Positions 26,733 to 33,391 of a stretch of DNA of 33,683 nucleotides are shown piece after piece; positions within the stretch are counted from its first letter, which is position 1; every line of letters starts with the position of its first letter. Under the pieces are notes generated by a model. It saw only the letters and a list, made by a program, of their open reading frames with translations. It did no database searches and had not been told where the DNA came from. Made by a program: the position numbers and the translations under genes. Where the stretch lies: IMG/VR virus record IMGVR_UViG_3300048882_000756, positions 1-33,683 of that record; one strand, 5' to 3'. This stretch comes from a virus (Duplodnaviria; Caudoviricetes).

Positions 26733-26941
26733 GATTGAAGCCTTGTTAGGCCTGGCCTGTACGTGCCAGACCCCCTGGCATGGGTGTACCCCTCAGAGTG
26801 CGCCGCTCTCATTGCTGCAGCCTTTGTCGGTAGCCCAGCGCCGCTTGCGTCCATGTAGTCCAGGTAGTCGCAACAGACAAAGTATCCGCCGATGTCCTCG
26901 AATATACGGGCCGTTTTCATTTTTATTCGTCCTCTCATCAT
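26729..26941 (-). CDS. hypothetical protein
   Basis: 70 aa following a repeat copy. Confidence 0.55.
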   Translation of the reverse strand: MMRGRIKMKTARIFEDIGGYFVCCDYLDYMDASGAGLPTKAAAMRAAHSEGYTHARGSGTYRPGLTRLQS

Positions 26942-26952
26942 CGAACCCCCTC

Positions 26953-26972
26953 AAAATCCATGTACGTAAGAC
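26953..26972 (-). repeat. repeat copy
   Basis: aaaatccatgtacgtaagac. Confidence 0.9.
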
Positions 26973-26986
26973 TTCCTGGGCTTCGT

Positions 26987-27238
26987 TTATTGTTCCTCGG
27001 AAACCCAGAACGTACCGAAGGATACCTCGCCCCCCTCCGTGGAAATGCTTGCAGGCATTTCGCCCTCAAGGTCGCCTATGACGTCATTCATAAAGATTTC
27101 CCGCACCTGTTTTTCAATGACGCCTTTTGAACAGCGCTTGTAGACGTTGTCCTCGTCTACATCATCGAGGCCAATATGTTCTGCTAGCGTTTCCGCATAC
27201 ACCTTGAACGACACCTCAACACATAATGTGATTTGCAT
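26987..27238 (-). CDS. hypothetical acidic protein
   Basis: 83 aa with TAATG coupling. Confidence 0.6.
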   Translation of the reverse strand: MQITLCVEVSFKVYAETLAEHIGLDDVDEDNVYKRCSKGVIEKQVREIFMNDVIGDLEGEMPASISTEGGEVSFGTFWVSEEQ

Positions 27239-27423
27239 TAGTCTTCCCCCTCCTCTTCCCTGAAGTCCTCAACCAGTTCGCTGTCCTCGAACGCGAACGA
27301 AAGCTCCACAACACACGCAGACCTAAGCCGTGCTGCCTCTATTGCTACTTGGGCCCGTTCATACTCCATACCCCCGTCGATATTGCTTGGGTCATTTGTT
27401 ACGATATACTTATAGATTATCAT
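27238..27423 (-). CDS. hypothetical acidic protein
   Basis: ATG 27423 preceded by GGAG (ORF track extends it to TTG 27471). Confidence 0.55.
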   Translation of the reverse strand: MIIYKYIVTNDPSNIDGGMEYERAQVAIEAARLRSACVVELSFAFEDSELVEDFREEEGED

Positions 27424-27476
27424 TATACTCTCCAAGATTGTTAGACATTCTAACAGAATGCTACGTTTCAAACTTC

Positions 27477-27518
27477 AAAAATCCATGTACGTAAGACCTT
27501 ATGATGGTCTCATTACGT
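27477..27518 (-). repeat. full repeat copy with bulged hairpin
   Basis: aaaaatccatgt-acgtaa-gacc-ttatgat-ggtc-tca-ttacgt. Confidence 0.92.
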
Positions 27519-27523
27519 GCACC

Positions 27524-28390
27524 TCAGTGAAGGAGAAAGCCGATTGCATCGCCACCCTTCCTGGTCGTCGCATCGCACATACCGCAATCATTGCAGGTCA
27601 CTGGTCGGCTTCGGCCATTACGCTCTTTAATCGTGGCCCCGGTTTGACTTGGACATATGGTTATCCGTCTACCCTTGGGAGTTGTGAAGGTTTCACCGGA
27701 CCAAGTTTTGAGGCCCTTCCTTTCCCACCGCTTAGACTTTGAAGGCCTTGTCTTTGGGTCGATAGCAGGCACAACCACAGCTACTCGCCAACCGCTATCC
27801 ATAACCCGATCTGCCTGTTCCAGCGTGTCGCATGAGCCCATCACCAAACCCTTAAGGTGTGAGCCTTTTGTTTCGGGAAAGTGTGTGTATCCGAGTAGGC
27901 CCTTAAGGCCGTACTCCCTGGCCGTGTTTCTCCATTCGTCCATTTGGCTAACGGTGAAGACGTTGGGATCACCCCCGACTGCAATGCGGACGAAGTTCGC
28001 CGATACAGCTGAATCCTTCAGCACTTCGCCTAAGTTAGACCTACGCTTGTGCTTGTCTTTGGCATGGGCTTTTTGCATGGAGCCCTGCGCTAATTGCGAA
28101 CTTCCAAACCAATGGTAACAACCGTCCTCCAAAAACCTGCACCCCTCGCATGATGCCCTAGCCTCATCTCTTGTCTCACCAACGTGGCCTTGAGGCATAT
28201 TTCCGGTCTTTGGCTGCTTCGACTGTGCAGCAAATAGGTGGTTAACCAGCGGTTTAGTTTTGAACATGGGCAACGATTCACGAGTGTTGTCACACTCGAC
28301 CGCACCCCATTGGTCATAACCGTTGTCCCTATCATCGTCCGCTGGATCATACGTCCAATTTTCGGCGTATTTGTACACTTGTGCAGTCAT
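27524..28390 (-). CDS. Cys-rich phage protein, Gp88/DUF7227-like (possible Fe-S enzyme)
   Basis: KTGNMP, CEGC...CY, RIAVGGD, GYTH, CPSQ, CNDCGMC, IGFLLH. Confidence 0.65.
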   Translation of the reverse strand: MTAQVYKYAENWTYDPADDDRDNGYDQWGAVECDNTRESLPMFKTKPLVNHLFAAQSKQPKTGNMPQGHVGETRDEARASCEGCRFLEDGCYHWFGSSQLAQGSMQKAHAKDKHKRRSNLGEVLKDSAVSANFVRIAVGGDPNVFTVSQMDEWRNTAREYGLKGLLGYTHFPETKGSHLKGLVMGSCDTLEQADRVMDSGWRVAVVVPAIDPKTRPSKSKRWERKGLKTWSGETFTTPKGRRITICPSQTGATIKERNGRSRPVTCNDCGMCDATTRKGGDAIGFLLH

Positions 28391-28416
28391 GGCTCACCTA
28401 CTTTCACCTACTTTAG

Positions 28417-28455
28417 AAATTCATGTACGTAAGACCCTAGTCGAGGTCCGTACAT
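28417..28455 (-). repeat. repeat copy with alternative hairpin
   Basis: aaattc-atgtacg-taa-gacc-ctagtcga-ggtc-cgtacat. Confidence 0.9.
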
Positions 28456-28880
28456 ACGTAGACCACCTCACACATTCCGTATCCCAGGGAGACGATTTCA
28501 TCGCCTTCACATAGTGAACACTCTGAATCTTCGTCGTGGGGTTCCCCTTGGCAGTTCCAACAAGCCGCTTCGCCGCTGCTAGTCCAGTGGCCAATTTCGA
28601 CCCACCCCTTGGGTGGCGCAGGTTTTCCGTATAGCCTGCATTCAATGGCTGTGCGGAAAGTAAAGTCATATTGGCTTTGTCCGAATTCCTGTTTTTTGGC
28701 CAGTGCCTGTACTTCAGAGTGTTCGAGTAGTTCGCTCTCAGATACGTAGTCTGGTGGACCCTCGTACCAGTGCGCTCTTACTGGTTCCCATTCGTCCGGG
28801 AAATCAGGATGAGGAACATGGAGTTCTCCACCCCCTAGACCGAAGACACACTTCACCCTTTCAGTTTCTAACTGATCCAT
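28437..28880 (-). CDS. hypothetical protein with CxxC...CxxC
   Basis: 147 aa; TAGGTGG RBS; stop in the repeat loop. Confidence 0.7.
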   Translation of the reverse strand: MDQLETERVKCVFGLGGGELHVPHPDFPDEWEPVRAHWYEGPPDYVSESELLEHSEVQALAKKQEFGQSQYDFTFRTAIECRLYGKPAPPKGWVEIGHWTSSGEAACWNCQGEPHDEDSECSLCEGDEIVSLGYGMCEVVYVCTDLD

Positions 28881-28906
28881 GATCCACCTACTTTCAACTA
28901 CTTCAG

Positions 28907-28947
28907 AAATTCATATACGTAAGACCTTACAGTGGTCTCATTACGTA
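28907..28947 (-). repeat. full repeat copy with bulged hairpin
   Basis: aaattcata-tacgtaa-gacc-ttacagt-ggtc-tca-ttacgta. Confidence 0.92.
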
Positions 28948-28951
28948 AGGC

Positions 28952-29545
28952 TTAGTACCTCTCGCCATTGGCGAGGTACTCAGTGTCAGTTTCAGCAAGG
29001 TCTTCCTTGATGGTGTCTTCGCTGTAGTACCAAGCGAGTTGTGATTCTAGCGCTTCGAGTAGCGCATGCTCGATCTGTTCGATGCACCCTTCCATGGCTT
29101 CGCTTGTCTCATCAAAAAGCTCATGGGTATAGTCGCTGGACCAATGGTCCTTCCACGTCCTACGATAGGATGCACGCTGATATGACAGCCCATAGAAATG
29201 CCTTTGTTGAAGCGCTTGTAATTCTCTCACAGCATCATGAAGAGACGCCCATTGTGGGTACTCGGCCATGATTGCAGGTAGAGATCCAGCAGTGTACGAA
29301 TAACTACCCTCTAACTTTGCGAATGAGCCACCGCAACCAATGGAGCCAAAATACATTTCTGTGGAACTGCAGAATCCAAGGGCCCTTGCTACCTCAAGAC
29401 ACATGCCCCTCGCAAACTCTAGACCACATTCATCAAGGTCTGCATTCCAACGATATTCAAGTTCATCTTGAACCGCCTTATCTTGGGCGTCTTCGCTCAA
29501 CTCGCTCCACGTAAACACTTCGATCTTTTTGATTTCAACTCTCAT
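28952..29545 (-). CDS. acidic hypothetical phage early protein
   Basis: VFTWSELSEDAQDKA...EYLANG; start ATG 29545 with AGGTGA RBS. Confidence 0.7.
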   Translation of the reverse strand: MRVEIKKIEVFTWSELSEDAQDKAVQDELEYRWNADLDECGLEFARGMCLEVARALGFCSSTEMYFGSIGCGGSFAKLEGSYSYTAGSLPAIMAEYPQWASLHDAVRELQALQQRHFYGLSYQRASYRRTWKDHWSSDYTHELFDETSEAMEGCIEQIEHALLEALESQLAWYYSEDTIKEDLAETDTEYLANGERY

Positions 29546-29560
29546 GTTTTCACCTACCTC

Positions 29561-29601
29561 AAAATTCATGTACGCAAGACCACAGAAGGGTCTCATTAGG
29601 G
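29561..29601 (-). repeat. repeat copy
   Basis: aaaattcatgtacgcaa-gacc-acagaag-ggtc-tca-ttaggg. Confidence 0.9.
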
Positions 29602-30366
29602 ATCAGGCGTGAAGATACCTTTATCTTTCAGGGCCTCGAAAATCCGGTCCTCGTCGGGGGTACGTTCATGGATCGAGTACCATGACAGCCCATCGCAGAT
29701 TTCATGCGGGTTTCCTGTTATCTCTCCGTCATTTGCCCAAGCTATTGACTTGCACGTCTCTTCTACGTGGTCATCAAACATCTCACCGTCTAGCTTCTCC
29801 ATGCAGTCAAGGCATACGGGCGAGCCATGGTAGGGGTCTCTTGGATCGGGAAATGGCGATCCAGCATCATAGGTATCATGACCGTTGTTTGGACCATCAC
29901 CAATAACGGTTTCACACTCCCCACATATCCGAGCACAGCCCGGACAATGCTTCTCGCCTTCGATGGTTAACCAGTTCTCTGGCTCGCCATGGTCATAGGC
30001 CTCTTCATGGCCATGGTGTCCACCATAAGAAACGCCTAGACGTGAAGTAGATCTCATCATCCTAGTCCAGTCGGAATAATGGGTCTCTTCTCCACCTATC
30101 CAAACCCGCAGGGGTTCGCCTTTCAGGCGTCCGATGATTTCGTCTTCCTCTGGATCGAGACCCACCTTAACCCCACAGCTGTGACACTCACAGCCTTCGA
30201 TGGGTACGGGCTCGGGCTTCTCCCATTCCTCACCCAGACTGGGCCCACAACAAGGGCAACCAAGGCCTTGGTTAAAAAGGACCGCTTCCCAGCGGTACAT
30301 GTCCCCATGGTCAACCCCATATCGGTTCCATGGCTCACTGCAAACTTTGCATGAAACGTCCATCAT
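29596..30366 (-). CDS. Cys-rich (multiple CxxC) hypothetical protein
   Basis: 256 aa; CKVC, CPCC, CHSC, CPGC, CGEC, CLDC; AGGTGA RBS. Confidence 0.7.
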   Translation of the reverse strand: MMDVSCKVCSEPWNRYGVDHGDMYRWEAVLFNQGLGCPCCGPSLGEEWEKPEPVPIEGCECHSCGVKVGLDPEEDEIIGRLKGEPLRVWIGGEETHYSDWTRMMRSTSRLGVSYGGHHGHEEAYDHGEPENWLTIEGEKHCPGCARICGECETVIGDGPNNGHDTYDAGSPFPDPRDPYHGSPVCLDCMEKLDGEMFDDHVEETCKSIAWANDGEITGNPHEICDGLSWYSIHERTPDEDRIFEALKDKGIFTPDP

Positions 30367-30379
30367 TCACCTACTTCAG

Positions 30380-30419
30380 AAATTCATGTACGCAAGACGT
30401 TTAGGGTTTCCCCTTACGT
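30380..30419 (-). repeat. repeat copy with distal half-site
   Basis: aaattcatgt-acgcaa-N18-ttacgt. Confidence 0.9.
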
Positions 30420-30449
30420 GCACGCACGTGGTCTTAAGAATATACGGTA

Positions 30450-30503
30450 CTATTGATTATACGGTACCCCCCTCCCTCCAAAGGGAGGGGGGAACATCAA
30501 TAG
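30450..30503. other. long hairpin in a non-coding inter-repeat unit
   Basis: CCCCCCTCCCT-ccaa-AGGGAGGGGGG inside CTATTGAT/ATCAATAG arms. Confidence 0.7.
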
Positions 30504-30541
30504 AACGATACCGGTACTCTTTATAGAAATGTTCTAGTCAG

Positions 30542-30560
30542 AAATTCATGTACGCAAGGC
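30542..30560 (-). repeat. repeat copy overlapping the stop of the upstream gene
   Basis: aaattcatgtacgcaaggc. Confidence 0.85.
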
Positions 30561-30947
30561 TTTAACTACGTCCATATATTTCTTTGCCAGGTTCTCACCA
30601 GTGGCCTCACTCAAGACGTAGTCGAAGCACTCGGCAATGTGATCCTTGATGTCGTTTCTGTTTCGACCGCTCACCTTGATGTCGAACCCATAGAACGACG
30701 GTCGCACTGTTACCCGATGCTCTGTCCATCCAACATAATATCCAAGGTCGTTCATGTGGTGGAACGCGGTAGAGAAAACCAATTTCTCTTCTGTGGTCTT
30801 TTCAACGTCGATTGACGTGCCAGAATCGAAGCCAGACCCACTAGGTAGGTACTCAGAAATGATCGGAGCCATTTCTTCAAATACGATACTTGCTGGGTGT
30901 CGCGTCAATCCCGAAATTAATCGGGCTAGTGATTGCCTATTGCTCAT
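30546..30947 (-). CDS. hypothetical phage protein
   Basis: LPSGSGFDSG...FHHMNDLGYYVGWTEH..V.PSF. Confidence 0.75.
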   Translation of the reverse strand: MSNRQSLARLISGLTRHPASIVFEEMAPIISEYLPSGSGFDSGTSIDVEKTTEEKLVFSTAFHHMNDLGYYVGWTEHRVTVRPSFYGFDIKVSGRNRNDIKDHIAECFDYVLSEATGENLAKKYMDVVKALRT

Positions 30948-30961
30948 TTTATCCCCTAATG

Positions 30962-30980
30962 AAAATCATGGTCGTAAGAC
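30962..30980 (-). repeat. repeat copy
   Basis: aaaatcatggtcgtaagac. Confidence 0.8.
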
Positions 30981-31034
30981 TTCTAAGCCTTTGCATATGG
31001 TAGGGCCCAGTGCCTGGGCCCTATACCTTGATGG

Positions 31035-31133
31035 TCACACCCTGATGGTCCTACCGGTCTTCTCGACCACGGCCGTAGACGTCAACGAAACAAGGGCAAC
31101 AAACGAAATGATGGTGTAAGTGATGACAAGCAC
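31035..31133 (-). CDS. 32-aa hydrophobic peptide (not in ORF track)
   Basis: GTG start after GGAGAG; MLVITYTIISFVALVSLTSTAVVEKTGRTIRV*. Confidence 0.45.
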   Translation of the reverse strand: MLVITYTIISFVALVSLTSTAVVEKTGRTIRV

Positions 31134-31150
31134 ACTCTCTCCAATGCCCC

Positions 31151-31247
31151 TTAGAGGCCAATGGTTGACGTCTAAGGCGCGGTATACCCTTGACCTATGC
31201 CAGGGTGTTGGTTTTGGTTTCTTTAGCTTCTATCGGCCGTTATGGGC
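31151..31247 (-). repeat. diverged ~100-nt intergenic leader, copy 1
   Basis: Aligns nearly ungapped to 32341-32437 (CGTCTAAGGCG, CTATGCCA, GCTTCTRTCGG shared). Confidence 0.55.
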
Positions 31248-31679
31248 CTAGTTTTCGATGATTCTGATTTTGGAGCGAATCCCAAGACCTTTAGCGATAG
31301 CCTCTAGGCTTTCGCGAATTGCATATGAACCTACGCCACCAATGTAGGACCGGTCACTTCCACGGTGGAGCGTAATGCCTGCAGAGTGTAGGGCTTCGCC
31401 TATAGCTGTCGATTCTTTGCAGTAGCCATACCCGCCAGCTGTGCCATGACCGGAACTGTGAAAGCTAGAATCCTTAACACCAGACAGCCAGACAGAAGCG
31501 TATACCGTCGAAGCGTTGCTACTCCGACCCATCCAAACCCGAACGGTTACAGGTGAGACAATCTCACCCTTGTAGATTCCAACAACGCTATATGAGGAAG
31601 TTTGTTCCTTCTGACCATAAAGGTTTCGGCCATTTTGGTGATGTCCAGAAAACTTCGCCTTCATTGGTGCGTCTATCAT
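31248..31679 (-). CDS. hypothetical phage protein
   Basis: SGHGTAGGYGYCKESTA; GGAG RBS. Confidence 0.75.
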   Translation of the reverse strand: MIDAPMKAKFSGHHQNGRNLYGQKEQTSSYSVVGIYKGEIVSPVTVRVWMGRSSNASTVYASVWLSGVKDSSFHSSGHGTAGGYGYCKESTAIGEALHSAGITLHRGSDRSYIGGVGSYAIRESLEAIAKGLGIRSKIRIIEN

Positions 31680-31682
31680 TTT

Positions 31683-31925
31683 TCATTTCTCCGCTGATGG
31701 GTGGGCATACTCTCTTATGATGAGCCTCTCACCCTTTGAAATTATGTAGTGAGTTCCTGAGTTACTCCAGCACATGCAGTAGACGCGATAGAGCCTTCCC
31801 TTGTATTTAACTTTCCAAGGCGTTGTGAGCTTTGAGCCATAACCGCTAGCAGTTTGGATAAGTCCGTTTTTGTGAAACCATAGAGGCGCATCTATCAGCT
31901 GTGCAACTTCGTCTAGATAGGTCAC
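31683..31925 (-). CDS. hypothetical phage protein
   Basis: TASGYGSKLTT..KVKYKGRLYRVY..CWSNSGT; likely GTG start 31925 after GGAG and a degenerate repeat. Confidence 0.7.
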   Translation of the reverse strand: MTYLDEVAQLIDAPLWFHKNGLIQTASGYGSKLTTPWKVKYKGRLYRVYCMCWSNSGTHYIISKGERLIIREYAHPSAEK

Positions 31926-31936
31926 TTCGACACTCC

Positions 31937-31957
31937 AAAAAACTATGAACGCAAGAC
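31937..31957 (-). repeat. degenerate repeat copy
   Basis: aaaaaactatgaacgcaagac abutting GGAG. Confidence 0.55.
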
Positions 31958-32049
31958 TCTCGACGGTCCGCATAATGTGTAGACCTATAGCCAGAAGGGC
32001 AATTTCAGGGTCGACCCCATCGGGGGTCGTAACCCCCTGGAATCATTGA

Positions 32050-32319
32050 TTAATGGGCCAAGGTCGTAGGCTTAGAATCCCACCATCGGATACCCCAAAC
32101 GGTCCCGGATCGCGCCTTCTCCCGTGGATCGCCCATTGGATGACAATCAGCAACGCCCCCACTGTATGCGACGGAGTAGGCCGCACCTGGTGCCATGTTA
32201 AGGGGTGGTCTGATAGGGCTATCGCATACGATAACGCCTTCACGGTAGCTAAGGTGCGGATCAAAGAGGGCCCATAATTCCGGCTCGTTGTCCCCATTGA
32301 AGTGTTTTTTCATTGCCAT
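32050..32319 (-). CDS. hypothetical protein
   Basis: 89 aa with GGAG upstream. Confidence 0.5.
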   Translation of the reverse strand: MAMKKHFNGDNEPELWALFDPHLSYREGVIVCDSPIRPPLNMAPGAAYSVAYSGGVADCHPMGDPREKARSGTVWGIRWWDSKPTTLAH

Positions 32320-32340
32320 GCTCTCACTCCATTGTTGCCA

Positions 32341-32437
32341 TTAATGGCCCACAGTGGGCGTCTAAGGCGTGTTTAGGTATTGGCTATGCCATGGGATAGG
32401 CTGTGCCTTTCCCTGGCTTCTGTCGGTTGTTCTAGGC
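32341..32437 (-). repeat. diverged ~100-nt intergenic leader, copy 2
   Basis: See 31151-31247. Confidence 0.55.
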
Positions 32438-32520
32438 TGTCCTAGCTCTTGATGGCAGCAGACTCTTGTCCCTTGTCCCTAGCTGCAGTTCCTCGCGGCC
32501 GATTCTCACTTTTCGCCAAT

Positions 32521-32835
32521 TCATTTGTTGACCTTGAACACGATGTCCTCGGTACTCCAAATGGCGCGGATGCCGCCACAAGGACCGCCTAACTCTTCAA
32601 AGCCTAAGCGGTACAGCCCAACATTGCCGATGGGTAGGCCACAAGGCTTTAACGTGAGGCTATCACCGCTAAAAGCTCTGTCTTCACTCAAGTGGGCACC
32701 AAACCGTTGATAGAGGCCTCGGCACCCATAAAGAAGACAAGCGAAGTCATCACGTATCACCTTCGCTTGGTCGGCGTTGACGTGTATCGGAATCTTGATG
32801 ACCAAGTCTTGGTTGATGGTAGCTTCGAAAATCAT
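32521..32835 (-). CDS. hypothetical protein
   Basis: 104 aa with AGGGGA RBS. Confidence 0.6.
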   Translation of the reverse strand: MIFEATINQDLVIKIPIHVNADQAKVIRDDFACLLYGCRGLYQRFGAHLSEDRAFSGDSLTLKPCGLPIGNVGLYRLGFEELGGPCGGIRAIWSTEDIVFKVNK

Positions 32836-32874
32836 GGAATCCCCTAGTTGTTAGATGTTCTTAAACTATGGTGC

Positions 32875-33204
32875 TCATTTGCTGCACCGTGCCAGTCTCT
32901 TGAGTAGGCGGCGTTGGACCCTATGAGGGGTCAGCGTATCGCCGTCCAACAGTATCAGCGCAGAGAAGTCATATTCGCCCTCATAACTATGCGAAGTGGC
33001 ATCGAAATCAGGGGTGTAAAAGTCCGCCTTCACCTCGAAATAAACCTGCATACTGGTGTCAGACTGAAAAATACGGCGAATGTCCTTGGTCTGCTGTACC
33101 CCGTCATGGACGAAAGAGACGTTTCCCCCGACAATACAAAGCACTTCGCCAATTTCCGGACCCCGGTAAGCAACAACCCGGCTGATTTCGCTGTATCCGA
33201 TCAT
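32875..33204 (-). CDS. hypothetical protein
   Basis: 109 aa with AAGGGGA RBS. Confidence 0.6.
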   Translation of the reverse strand: MIGYSEISRVVAYRGPEIGEVLCIVGGNVSFVHDGVQQTKDIRRIFQSDTSMQVYFEVKADFYTPDFDATSHSYEGEYDFSALILLDGDTLTPHRVQRRLLKRLARCSK

Positions 33205-33361
33205 TTCGTTCCCCTTAATCCAAAAAAAGCTCTGTCTTCACTGTCTCGCCTTGCGCTCGCCTTCTGACCACCTTTGAACTGTCAAGCCGCTGTCACCTAC
33301 TTGGGTCGCTGGCTGTCTCGCTCTTGGCTGCCTTGGTTGCGCTCTCCCTCTATCCACAAAC

Positions 33362-33391
33362 AGAATAGCCTGATTATGTGATGCTGGTCAA
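33362..33391 (-). promoter_or_regulatory. candidate sigma70-type early promoter at the head of the leftward array
   Basis: TTGACC-18nt-TATTCT. Confidence 0.45.

Larger units (their letters stand above)
21256..31957 (-). repeat. dispersed repeat family GTCTTACGTACATG(A/G)ATTT, at least 14 co-oriented copies at gene boundaries
   Basis: Plus-strand cores at 21256, 23971, 25565, 25989, 26373, 26953, 27477, 28417, 28907, 29561, 30380, 30542, 30962 and 31937. Confidence 0.92.

Noticed and set aside
25565-31957. CRISPR array
   Set aside because: Intervals are 160-980 bp, highly variable and mostly protein-coding; no cas genes in the window.
25565-31957. Canonical integron attC array
   Set aside because: No RYYYAAC/GTTRRRY cores, the hairpins are shorter than attC sites, and no integron integrase is present. 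Only the architecture is analogous.
32827-32837. gaaaatcatgg as another repeat copy
   Set aside because: It lacks the CGTAAGAC half and is simply the start of the 32521-32835 ORF.
33257-33285. Perfect TTGACA on the minus strand as a promoter
   Set aside because: No -10 hexamer at 16-18 nt spacing.
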